From assembly GCA_010093815.1 (NCBI GenBank), contig ML996581.1: 64,000 nt of DNA. One strand, 5' to 3'. The position numbers were made by a program, and so were the translations under genes. Source of the DNA: Pseudovirgaria hyperparasitica (Eukaryota). Within the stretch, counting starts at the first letter, position 1; each line of letters starts with the position of its first letter. The notes below the pieces were generated by a model, which worked only from the letters and a program-made list of their open reading frames with translations, had not been told where the DNA came from and ran no database searches. Of this stretch, positions 37,626 through 47,340 are shown in pieces.

Positions 37626-40118
37626 ATGCGCCCAGTCATTCTTTGCACTGTCCTTGCCAGCCTTGCAGCCGTACTTGCAGACTCCCTACCTCCACGGAAC
37701 TACAATACACATGACTATTATGCTGTGCACTTAGACCCGAGCATCGCTCCAGCTGAGTTCGCGAATCACGTCGGTCTCCTGTATGAAGGCGCACTCGGCT
37801 CAATAAAAGACCACCATCTCTTTAAGTGCGGGAAAAATGACGGCGACATTGTTGAAGATGCCATACAAGAATTAAAAAGGCGCAGGAGAAAGAGGGAGAT
37901 CGGTCTCGATAGGCACATCCTTGATGGTATCAGATTCAACCAGAAGCAGAAGCTAAAGCCTCGGATGGTGAAGCGAACTGCGCCCCGATTGGTACCCAGA
38001 GAAGGGTTGCCTGCTGAAGACACGTCTGCCGTTGCTCAGCGGAAGATTGCCGAGACGCTGAACATACAGGACCCAATTTTCAATGAACAGTGGCATCTAT
38101 TCAATACGCATACCCCAGGGAATGATCTCAACGTGACCGGAGTCTGGATGCAAGGAATCACTGGTAAAAACTCAACTGTATGCATTGTCGATGATGGACT
38201 GGATATGGACAGCGATGACCTCCGGGACAATTACTTTGCGGAAGGCTCATACGACTACAACGACCATGGTCCCGAGCCAAAGCCGCGGCTTTCAGATGAT
38301 AGGCACGGAACAAGATGTGCCGGCGAAGTTGCAGCTGGCAAGAATAATGCTTGCGGTGTTGGTGTTGCTTATGATTCAAGGGTATCGGGCGTGCGAATTC
38401 TCTCCGGCGAGATCTCCGACGCCGATGAAGCTCTGGCCGTCAACTATAAGATGCAATTGAACGACATCTACTCGTGTTCCTGGGGACCACCAGACGATGG
38501 GAAAACTATGCAGGGGCCTGGTATCCTAATCGAGAGAGCAATGGTTACAGCTGTCCAACAGGGCCGAGGTGGTAAAGGCTCGATCTATGTTTTCGCGGCC
38601 GGAAACGGTGCGGCAAACGATGATAATTGTAACTTCGACGGCTACACGAACAGCATATATAGTGTCACAGTTGGTGCTATTGACCAGAAGAACAACCACC
38701 CATACTACTCGGAGCAATGCTCTGCGCAGCTTGTCGTTACATATAGTAGCGGCAGCGGCGAAGCGATTCATACAACGGACGTTGGCGCCAACAAGTGCAC
38801 AGCACAACATGGGGGTACATCGGCAGCGGGGCCCCTTGGGGCAGGCATATACGCACTTCTTCTCGAAGCCCGGCCAGATTTGTCATGGAGAGATGTACAG
38901 TGGCTCACTGTCATGACCGCGGTTAAGTTTGAAGCAACTAGCGATTGGCAAGTGACTGCTTTAGGACGGGAGTTTAGTCATCAGTTCGGATACGGTAAGT
39001 TGGACGCTGGGGCACTAATTGACAAAGCCAAGGATTGGAAGACTGTCAAGCCACAAGCATGGTATTATTCTCCTTGGATGCACGTGAAGCACGAGATACC
39101 ACAAGGCGATCAGGGCCTTGCAAGTACATTCGTTGTCACAGAGGAAGCTCTAAAGAAAGCCAATCTCGATAAGGTCGAGCACATCACCCTCACCATGAAT
39201 GTTGAGCACACTCGACGAGGCGATCTCAGTGTCGAGCTACGAAGTCCAAGCGGTATCGTCAGCCATCTTGCAACAGCTCGCAAGAACGATGAGGCGTCAA
39301 GCGGTTACGTTGACTGGACGTTTATGTCAGTTGCTCACTGGGGCGAATCCGGCATTGGAGAATGGATTGTCATTGTGAAAGATACCGTACAAAATGAACA
39401 TTCGGGAAACTTCACGGATTGGCGACTTCGGCTTTGGGGTGAATGCGATAATGCAGACATACAAGAGCTGCGTCCTATCCCTGGGGAGCACGATGACGAT
39501 GATCACGATGAGGTTAACACTGTGACGCCGCACACGACTACTATTGTTGTGCCCACACCGACTGGTGATCCTGCACCTGGCAACCCTACTGACCACCCCG
39601 AACGTCCCGTGAACCAGCGACCAAGTACCACCGCTGGACCCTCCTCCACTGAGCCTACTGCAAAGCCCGAAGAGACGCCTAAACCGACACAGGACAACTT
39701 CCTGCCATCTCCATTCCCGACCTTTGGCGTATCTAAGCGTACCCAAATCTGGATCTATGGCGCTGTTGCTTTGATCCTCATGTTCTGCTGTAGCCTCGCA
39801 GCGTATTTCTTTATTGCTAGACGCCAAAGATTGCTTAACAGCGCCCGCGAAAATTACGAATTCGAGATTCTCGAAGACCAGGCAGACGGTGCGACCACTG
39901 GTCTGAGGTCTGGTAGGAGAAAGCAACGTGCAGGGGAATTGTATGATGCATTCGCCGGTGGTAGTGATGAGGATCTTTTCAGCGATGATGATGAGGATGA
40001 CAATTACCGCGATGAGAAGGGCTATGATGAAGACGCGGAGGAGTACACGGAGAAGAGCAGATTACAACATGGCGTTGATAGCGGGAGTGAAGGGTCTGGG
40101 TCGGGACCAGCCAGATAA
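37626..40118 (+). CDS. KEX2: Kexin (subtilisin-like proprotein convertase)
   Basis: Signal peptide, KR propeptide sites, VDDG, HGTRCAGE, FAAGNG, HGGTSAAGP, P-domain with RRGDL, Ser/Thr region, TM helix, acidic tail with YEF and YDAF. Confidence 0.97.
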   Translation: MRPVILCTVLASLAAVLADSLPPRNYNTHDYYAVHLDPSIAPAEFANHVGLLYEGALGSIKDHHLFKCGKNDGDIVEDAIQELKRRRRKREIGLDRHILDGIRFNQKQKLKPRMVKRTAPRLVPREGLPAEDTSAVAQRKIAETLNIQDPIFNEQWHLFNTHTPGNDLNVTGVWMQGITGKNSTVCIVDDGLDMDSDDLRDNYFAEGSYDYNDHGPEPKPRLSDDRHGTRCAGEVAAGKNNACGVGVAYDSRVSGVRILSGEISDADEALAVNYKMQLNDIYSCSWGPPDDGKTMQGPGILIERAMVTAVQQGRGGKGSIYVFAAGNGAANDDNCNFDGYTNSIYSVTVGAIDQKNNHPYYSEQCSAQLVVTYSSGSGEAIHTTDVGANKCTAQHGGTSAAGPLGAGIYALLLEARPDLSWRDVQWLTVMTAVKFEATSDWQVTALGREFSHQFGYGKLDAGALIDKAKDWKTVKPQAWYYSPWMHVKHEIPQGDQGLASTFVVTEEALKKANLDKVEHITLTMNVEHTRRGDLSVELRSPSGIVSHLATARKNDEASSGYVDWTFMSVAHWGESGIGEWIVIVKDTVQNEHSGNFTDWRLRLWGECDNADIQELRPIPGEHDDDDHDEVNTVTPHTTTIVVPTPTGDPAPGNPTDHPERPVNQRPSTTAGPSSTEPTAKPEETPKPTQDNFLPSPFPTFGVSKRTQIWIYGAVALILMFCCSLAAYFFIARRQRLLNSARENYEFEILEDQADGATTGLRSGRRKQRAGELYDAFAGGSDEDLFSDDDEDDNYRDEKGYDEDAEEYTEKSRLQHGVDSGSEGSGSGPAR

Positions 40119-40631
40119 TGACCATCCGATGGTATTTACTATTTTCTCATAGACAAGCCTTTATTTCATGTTGTCAGATCCTGCCAATATCGCACTTGAT
40201 CGTGTGTGACCGCATTGTCTACCACTGTCATCGCGAGGTCAGTCGCACATACTGAACAACTTACTTCGGCCTTACGATCATCTTCGTTCCTTTTGAACAC
40301 AGTGTTGATCCATAATTTGTTGTTCTCCACGGTTTCTCCACATCCCTAGCCGATCTTTCACATATACTTGCATTTGATGGATCCCGGCCACTTGTTTTCA
40401 GTCTTCTTGAAGTTCACTATATGTAGTTGCTTACACACAATATGAGAGGCAGCAGACAAACTATTACCTGGCGACGGTCAATTCGGCACACGCCCATACA
40501 CACACAGTCACGCGCGGGCGAACGAACGAAAGGGTGACTTTACCGCCTCTACTATTCTCACAGCGTAAATGAGACGAACTCTTCGAAATCTTTTTACGCC
40601 CCTGACAACGTCAAACGATGACTCTTTGTCA

Positions 40632-40735
40632 TATATACTAGACGTTGTGATGCCGTTCTATGTACTAGACATTGTGATCTCGTCCTATGTACTAGACGTT
40701 GTAATCTCATCCTATGTACTAGACGTTGTAATCTC
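40632..40735. repeat. 27-bp minisatellite, about 4 copies
   Basis: Unit TATGTACTAGACGTTGTAATCTCATCC with variants. Confidence 0.92.
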
Positions 40736-41082
40736 TTTTCAAAATGGCACAGGTCCACAACCAGAATGCCATTGTACATTGTGGTCGAGCCACAAGGAAT
40801 AGTATACGCCAATATATGAGGCCAGCTGCGCTTGACTGGTGAACAGCATCCTTCTACACTCTACTTTGCTACCCGGTCGTCTGCAGTATTTCTGCTTGAT
40901 ATCGTATGTCCTCTGCAGTGTTGCTATCCTTTCTATTCGTAAATTTCTGATTGCGGAGCAGGCTCCCTGATATCCACATTATCGTGAGCCGACGCTCGTA
41001 GTTTTATTTACAACAAGTCTAGCTCCCTCCTCCTACGTCCCTAGCTAAGCTCACACTGAAGTATGTAGCCACTCCCGTAATC

Positions 41083-41826
41083 ATGGGCAAAACTCTTGTT
41101 CCACTTTCTGAGCGCCGTGCCTCGCGCGTCGGCGGCAGCGTGAACAGCCAGAGCGCGAATAGCCCTAGCCATACCTCCATCGGTTCCAGCACCACCACAC
41201 AGCCCAGTCACATCCCATCGCACGCCGCCAATCGTATCCTTCGCGACCGTAACCCGTCCCTCACGCACAAAATTGACCAAATGCGCCTTACCTTAGCACC
41301 CATATATCCAATACACATTCCCGCTGGCCCGCCGCATGAGTCCTATCCTCGCAGTGTGTTACATTACTGGCTTTTAACCGAGGATGAAATAGATGCCTTT
41401 GCGCGCTACTACCATCAGGTAGAGCACACTGAGTACACGAGCTTGTATCCCGCGTGCATGGGCTGGGACAAGGGGTTCCTCTCACGTGGACAAGACATCG
41501 ATAGATCCAATAGTGTCAGTGGTGTCTCTAGCGGCACGGGAGAGAACATAGCGTTCAATGACGATGGATTGATGATCGGTCTCGGACTGGGTGCTGTGGA
41601 GGACCATTATGCCGAGGCGAGACGGCGCCGGGGCGAATTGAGTGCGGTGGAGAGGCTGGCGATCAAGAGACGAATGGTGGGCAAGTTTATTGGGTTGCGA
41701 GGTTGCGAAACACCGATGTGGGAGATGAGAGCTAAGGTCAGGTGGCTAGATGGTAGAGTTAGAAGGGAGATTGAGGATGAGAGGGAGAGGGAGTCAACTT
41801 TTAGGCGCGGACGCAAGTGGATTTGA
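41083..41826 (+). CDS. Hypothetical protein, probably a conserved fungal family
   Basis: 247-aa ORF; H.SYPRSVLHYWLLTEDEID.FARYYHQ and GKFIGLRGCETP blocks recall an uncharacterised fungal family (from memory, unsearched). Confidence 0.75.
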   Translation: MGKTLVPLSERRASRVGGSVNSQSANSPSHTSIGSSTTTQPSHIPSHAANRILRDRNPSLTHKIDQMRLTLAPIYPIHIPAGPPHESYPRSVLHYWLLTEDEIDAFARYYHQVEHTEYTSLYPACMGWDKGFLSRGQDIDRSNSVSGVSSGTGENIAFNDDGLMIGLGLGAVEDHYAEARRRRGELSAVERLAIKRRMVGKFIGLRGCETPMWEMRAKVRWLDGRVRREIEDERERESTFRRGRKWI

Positions 41827-41975
41827 CCTTTCCTATGATATTCGCCCCAGATGATAGAGAGCGAAGCGCTGTACGTTGGAACTGAGGTCCGCTACTACTG
41901 TTTGGTACGAGCCATAGCACCTTTATGAGTCGCATGTGAGACTTCATACAACCTTGGAAGTGAAATACCAGGCCT

Positions 41976-43304
41976 TCACTTGGCATTGAAGACGTGGTCG
42001 AGCTTCAAGTCTGCACCACCACCAATAACTCCAGCCTCTTTCCAGAATTTACTTAAATGCCGTGTCCCACTGTCACACAGTATCGTGACGATTCTATGTC
42101 CAGGTCCCAGCTGTTTTGCTAACTGCGTAGCAGCCACACAATTAACAGCACTGCTACTCCCCACGAAAATACCGTCTTTCTCGACCAGCCACCGCGCCAT
42201 ATCGATGGCTTGCTCATCTGTCACTCGGATCGCATCGTCCACCAATTCCCTTCCGGCTTCAAAGTTCTTCGTCACACGATTGATACCAACACCCTCCACA
42301 ATTGTATCAACTTGGTGCCGTCGCCTTGTCCCCTCGCGTTCCTTTGGGTCAAACATGACTCCATATTTTACTCGGTTGTAGAGTCCGCTGCCTTGAGGAT
42401 CAGCTATTACAACCTTCATATCTGGAAGCAGTGGTTTAAGAAACCTGGCCACCCCTGATATGGTACCACCAGTACCAGCACCGGCCACAAATGCGTCCAC
42501 TCGCCCGCCCGACTGCGCATAAATCTCAGGCCCGGTACCCTCAAAGTGCGCCGCCCAATTGGCCTCATTTTCAAATTGGTCTGCAAAAACACCGCGCCCA
42601 GGCTTCTCTTGGCTATTCGTATGCTCTTGCGCCCTTGTCCGCGCTCGATTTACGAATTGATTCTTGTCCACTATACTCGCAGGCCGCACACGCTCAACTA
42701 CAGCTCCTAGGCGAAGAAGCAGGTCACTCTTCTCAGTCGCCTGGTCGTCTGGCATACATATGTGCGCGGTATAGCCCCGCGCGCGGCAGATGGCTGCAAG
42801 AGAAATGCCAGTGCTGCCAACGGTGCCTTCGTAAATGACGTCGCCAGCATTCGGTGTGAGCAGGCCATTTTGCTCTGCAGCTGTAATAATATTGAGCGCA
42901 ACACGGTCCTTGGGAGAATTCCCAGCGCCGTTCATGAATTCGGCTTTCGCGAGGATCTCGCACCCGGTGGCATCGCTCAGGCTTTTGATGCGGATAAGAG
43001 GCGTGTTTCCAATACAACCTTCGATACCATCTTTGATTTCTTCTGCTGCTGCAATGTCACGCGGAGCCGGTAACGTCACATCTGCCGTGTTGTCCTTGAG
43101 TGTAACATGTTCATGATGAGGCACGAGGGCCCCGGAGCGCGCGTTTGAAGGAAGCCATGAGTTGAGGTAAGTTGGGAATCGACGGCGACGGTGGCAGATA
43201 CGGAAATGATGTTGCAGATCAGGGTATAAGTCTTTGAAGCCAAGAGTTAAAACAATTCCGAGAACGAAGGAGCTTATGATATACAAGCGGTTTCGTGTGT
43301 CCAT
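41976..43304 (-). CDS. cys12: Cysteine synthase 2-type PLP enzyme with N-terminal membrane anchor (S. pombe Cys12 / yeast Mcy1-like)
   Basis: IGNTPLIRI, NSPKDRVA (PLP Lys), EGTVGSTG, DQFEN, GAGTGGT, VGSSSAVN, LCDSGTRHLSK; hydrophobic N-terminus from ATG at 43304. Confidence 0.92.
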   Translation of the reverse strand: MDTRNRLYIISSFVLGIVLTLGFKDLYPDLQHHFRICHRRRRFPTYLNSWLPSNARSGALVPHHEHVTLKDNTADVTLPAPRDIAAAEEIKDGIEGCIGNTPLIRIKSLSDATGCEILAKAEFMNGAGNSPKDRVALNIITAAEQNGLLTPNAGDVIYEGTVGSTGISLAAICRARGYTAHICMPDDQATEKSDLLLRLGAVVERVRPASIVDKNQFVNRARTRAQEHTNSQEKPGRGVFADQFENEANWAAHFEGTGPEIYAQSGGRVDAFVAGAGTGGTISGVARFLKPLLPDMKVVIADPQGSGLYNRVKYGVMFDPKEREGTRRRHQVDTIVEGVGINRVTKNFEAGRELVDDAIRVTDEQAIDMARWLVEKDGIFVGSSSAVNCVAATQLAKQLGPGHRIVTILCDSGTRHLSKFWKEAGVIGGGADLKLDHVFNAK

Positions 43305-44101
43305 GTTACGACATGGACGAACATGGTGTGGACAGTGGAGGGCTAAGATTACCTCAGTAAGGATAATCAGACTCTCTGCCAAGACGCTAAGTATTCATGT
43401 ATCCAAAAGAGGTTCTAAGACGTTTTAGCTATTACTTATCTATCTAAGAATCTAATGAAATGTAGATGTTATAGCTTTTCAAGTAATACTATAGCTCTAG
43501 GTAGTTATATAGTGCTTTTACCTGATTCAGTACAATTAAGGTTATGAGTTATATTATAAGAACTCTACAAATCTCAACTTAGATGCAGTTATTAGCGGAG
43601 TAATCATAGTCTTGAAAGCTCTATACAATCAGAAAATTTAGCTTACGTAGTCTCTACTGTGGTATAAAGTAGTAGCGATCTCTACTGCGTCCTTTGGAAG
43701 CCCACATCTATCCGCAAACGAAAAAGAGGTCTCTGGGCAGGCTGCTATACTGTGTACTACAGAAATCCTCTGTATACTGATCCGGTCAACATGATGATAT
43801 TGCAGGTGCGTCTGCAAGTGCATCAGGCAGCACCCAGTTGTGCAGTCTACTATGTCGCTCGGGGAAAGTATGTCCTTCTGATCTAGAGGCTTATACCTTA
43901 TATGCAGTCGGCCATGTATACAGGGATGAGATGTGGAATCAACTCTGACAGACGACCCATTCTTGTTGACTTGTTGTTCATGAGTTTTCAGAGCCTTCCA
44001 GGTTGCTGTCTGGTTTTGCCTCCCACAACCGACCTTCGATTAAGGTCCCCTGCTACTCTGCATATTTGCCTACTTTTGTGACTTACTAACCTATCTGTTG
44101 T

Positions 44102-44799
44102 AACAACCTGCGAATGTGTAAAGAAGCTTGTCGGCGACAACGGGTTTGGAAGTGTCGCTCTCGCCACAACAACGGGGAACAACGTGCCCCGGAAGACTGG
44201 TGGATTTCGAGAACGGGACCTAAGGAGCCAAAGCGACTCTATAGAAGTACATGCTGGCTAATGGTGTGCATATGTACAGACAGGACGCAGGCGCCGAGTC
44301 AGCCTTGCAAATCGTAAAGTCCCGATTCGATAGTGACCGAAAGATTGTCACAGACTTGCAGAGAGATATGGCAGATCGCAGAATCACACTAAATAACACA
44401 GCAGCTGGGATGGAAGTGGTCTGTTTCCACATTCAATAGCCTCAAGAATGTGAGGGGAAGCTTAAGGACTTACAGGCGGACTTGATCAGAGCTCAGGCCG
44501 AGAGGGACCAAGAACAGATTGCATATATCGAAGTGCTGAAAGCAGACCATGGAAGCAGAAAAGCCCAGAAAGATGCCGAAATTGAGAAACTGCGTGTCAG
44601 TACGTCAGAACTAAGAAGACTCAAGGAAGCACAGTACATGAAGGAGATAGCTGAGCTGGAGATGGAGATCGAGAAAGCAAACGAGCAACGACAGATCGTG
44701 ACGACCGAGGCACAGGAATCGAAAGATGCCCAGCTACAAGGCGCGAAGAAGGCGCGGTACTACCATGTTCTAGTGCAAAGGAGCTGTACGGTATTGTGA
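44102..44799 (+). pseudogene. Degenerate P-loop GTPase-like / coiled-coil gene fragment
   Basis: Reading across three frameshifts gives NNLRM/KKLVGDNGFGSVALATT..NV/G..RERDL/*KYMLANG..M.RQD...SALQIV..LQRDMAD..L..TAAG, then a coiled coil; no Walker A found upstream. Confidence 0.55.
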
Positions 44800-45252
44800 A
44801 TAGGAATTGAGCCATCGCGCATCAGGTACATGACTTCCCACAAGCTAGGACAAAAGGATTACTGTCAAATGGACCCCTCGATTTTATCATGTAGTGGCTA
44901 AGATATGTCTCATTCTCATATAGGCCTTCTCCCACTCGGTCGTAGACCGTAGGATCCTTACAGTAGTATAACATGGAAATCAGGGCTACCGGTATACCTC
45001 AACGCTGGACTACCTGTATGCTATCATGCCTGCTTGCCCTTGACCCCTGATTGTAAGCCTTTAAATGCTGTATCCTATCGCTGTTTCGTAATGACGGGGC
45101 TTGATCATAAACAGTCAGCCATTAGCAGACGGCGTCCAGGGCATGATTAGAATAAATCATCGAGTCTGATTGTTCAACTGCTATGACGTTATGATTCTGA
45201 AGTATCCCATACTGACGAACTCATACAGACACGTAGGGTTTGAATATATACC

Positions 45253-47340
45253 TCAATGACTTTCCTTCTCTTTAACCTCATCACTCTGGGTGTCGCTGTT
45301 CAGATCGCTCTTCTCCCGGATTTCACGTGTGGCCTTGACCCCGCCTGTGTTGCTGCCAGTTCTCCTAAAATATGACGCAACATGCTCGCCATATTCCTCT
45401 CCCTCCTCGTTCAGTCCGTCCCCATCCTCTCTTCCCTTGTCCTTCTCACTCTCTTCCCACTCTCCACGCATATCTTCGACCTGTGCTGCAAAGTCCTTCT
45501 CCGCATCCCACAGTTTGCCGATGCCCCACATGCGCTCCCACCAAGATAAGTGCTTTGGGTGCACCGCGACACCATGGTATTCTTGAGCGCGACCCGCGAT
45601 GAGATAGCGCCAGCGGCGTTCTTGTTCCTTGAGATCCAGGCCGGTGGTATCCGGCATCCAAATGAGAGTGACGAGGGCACCAGCGAGACCGAACCAGGGC
45701 ACGACCTTAAATTTGGTCGGGTTGTCGATATAATTGTATAGTACGGCAGCGGTCAGGGCGCCGAGCTTACCTACAGCGGCAGAGAAACCGTGAGCTGTGG
45801 CACGCACTGGAGTAGGGAACACCTCTGCGGCGACGAGGAAGGTGACAGAGTTTGGACCGAACTGATTGAAGAAGGATGACAGAAAATACATAGCCTGGAA
45901 GGCGTGAATATTTTCCTTTTGTAGGAAGAAGTCGTAATTAAATGCCGGGACGACAAACAAGACGAAGTCGCAGAAAAACCCAACGACCATCATCCACTTG
46001 CGGCCATAGAGCTTGTTGTCAATAAGGAAGGAGGCGAGATAGTAACCAACAAGGGAAACGCCGATGTTGATAAGATTATACAGCCAGCCTACCATAACAG
46101 CGTTGTTTCCAGGAGTCAAAACTTTAATGAATTCGTTCTGGAAAAGCTTGTTCCCGTAGAAAAAGACGTCGTTAAAGTACCATGCCATGGCAGTAGCGAA
46201 CAGACGCCCGCCAAAGTGGGTCATACACATCTTGAGCGACCTTGTGTCGTAGCCGGTGACTTTCGACTTCTTCTTGGCGATCATAAGCTGCTTACTCGCC
46301 GATGGCATCTTGTAAGCACGGTAGTAGACAAGCCAGAGAGTTCCGACGGCAGGGATGGCAAAGCTGACACGATACGTCCATTGAGCGGCCACTTTGGAGT
46401 ATGGAGGGTTACCGCTGCCGTGGTGAAAGATCAAGAGTAGAAGGATGAGGATGACCTGGTTGAGGAATTGACCCCAACCCTGCATCAGAAAGGCACTGGT
46501 AACTTTGCGGCCACGGTGCAGACGATCGTCTCTGGTACTGACCTTGCCGGAACCGACAGCGTTTTCCTGAGCAAGATTAGCGGAAATCGAAAACTAATGC
46601 ACTGGGAACTCGCCATTCCAGAGGTAGCAGTCATGGGGTATTCACCACCCACACCGATACCATAGAAGAACAGTGACCAGACATAACAGATGACCCATCC
46701 GTTTTCCGTGACTCCCCATGCCGCAGTGAGCATGAGCAGACCAATAAACATGATGGTGGCATCTTGTAGAAGACCCCATCGTCGACCGATCCAATCGCCA
46801 ATGACACCGACCAGGATTTGGCCGACGATGATACCAACGATCTCTAAATAATCGACAGCTTGGGTCCATGTTTCGTCGCAAGTTTCGAAGTGCTTCCAAC
46901 AGGCAGGGAATGCGGCTTGGAGCAGAGGTCGGATAGTACCAATGGAGAAGAGAACGTAACTAGGAAAGTTAGACTAATAAACAAAGATTGTTTCAAATAT
47001 CATACCCTTCCAGTAGAAGACCTGCACCAGGAATCACCATATTTCGGACATAGGCTCCGACGGGGCTAAGAGGGTCCTTCTTGATCATCCTGCCAATCGA
47101 CTTGAGTTCCCTCGAAGCTTCCTCGCGGTCAACCTTGCCGACGAACTTGGCGCGCCTTCCAATTTTCATGTCAGCCCAGTAGACGCCATTCTCATCGTAG
47201 CTATCGTCGGCACGGATGAGTTTCCTGAAGACTTCCTCTTCAGCCTGGTTCATGGACATGTGACTGAAATTTTTAGTGCCGTCAGGATTTGGGCCTGGTG
47301 GAGCGGCGGGTGCATCATCATTGAAGATATGATCTGCCAT
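45253..47340 (-). CDS. MFS phosphate/organophosphate:H+ symporter family transporter (PHO84/GIT1-like); exons 47340-47006, 46959-46614, 46566-45253
   Basis: GLLLEGYVLFS, GDWIGRRWG, GIGVGGEYP, HRGR..AFLMQGWG, QFGPNSVTF..AEVFPT.VRAT.HG.SAA.GK.GA; introns 46960-47005 (GT-AG) and 46567-46613 (GC-AG). Confidence 0.92.

Noticed and set aside
40632..40735. CRISPR-like array
   Set aside because: Contiguous tandem units with no unique spacers, in a eukaryotic genome.
31577..47340. PhoD-like phosphatase plus PHO84-like transporter as a phosphate cluster
   Set aside because: About 9 kb apart with KEX2 and other genes between; the PhoD-like protein has no signal peptide.
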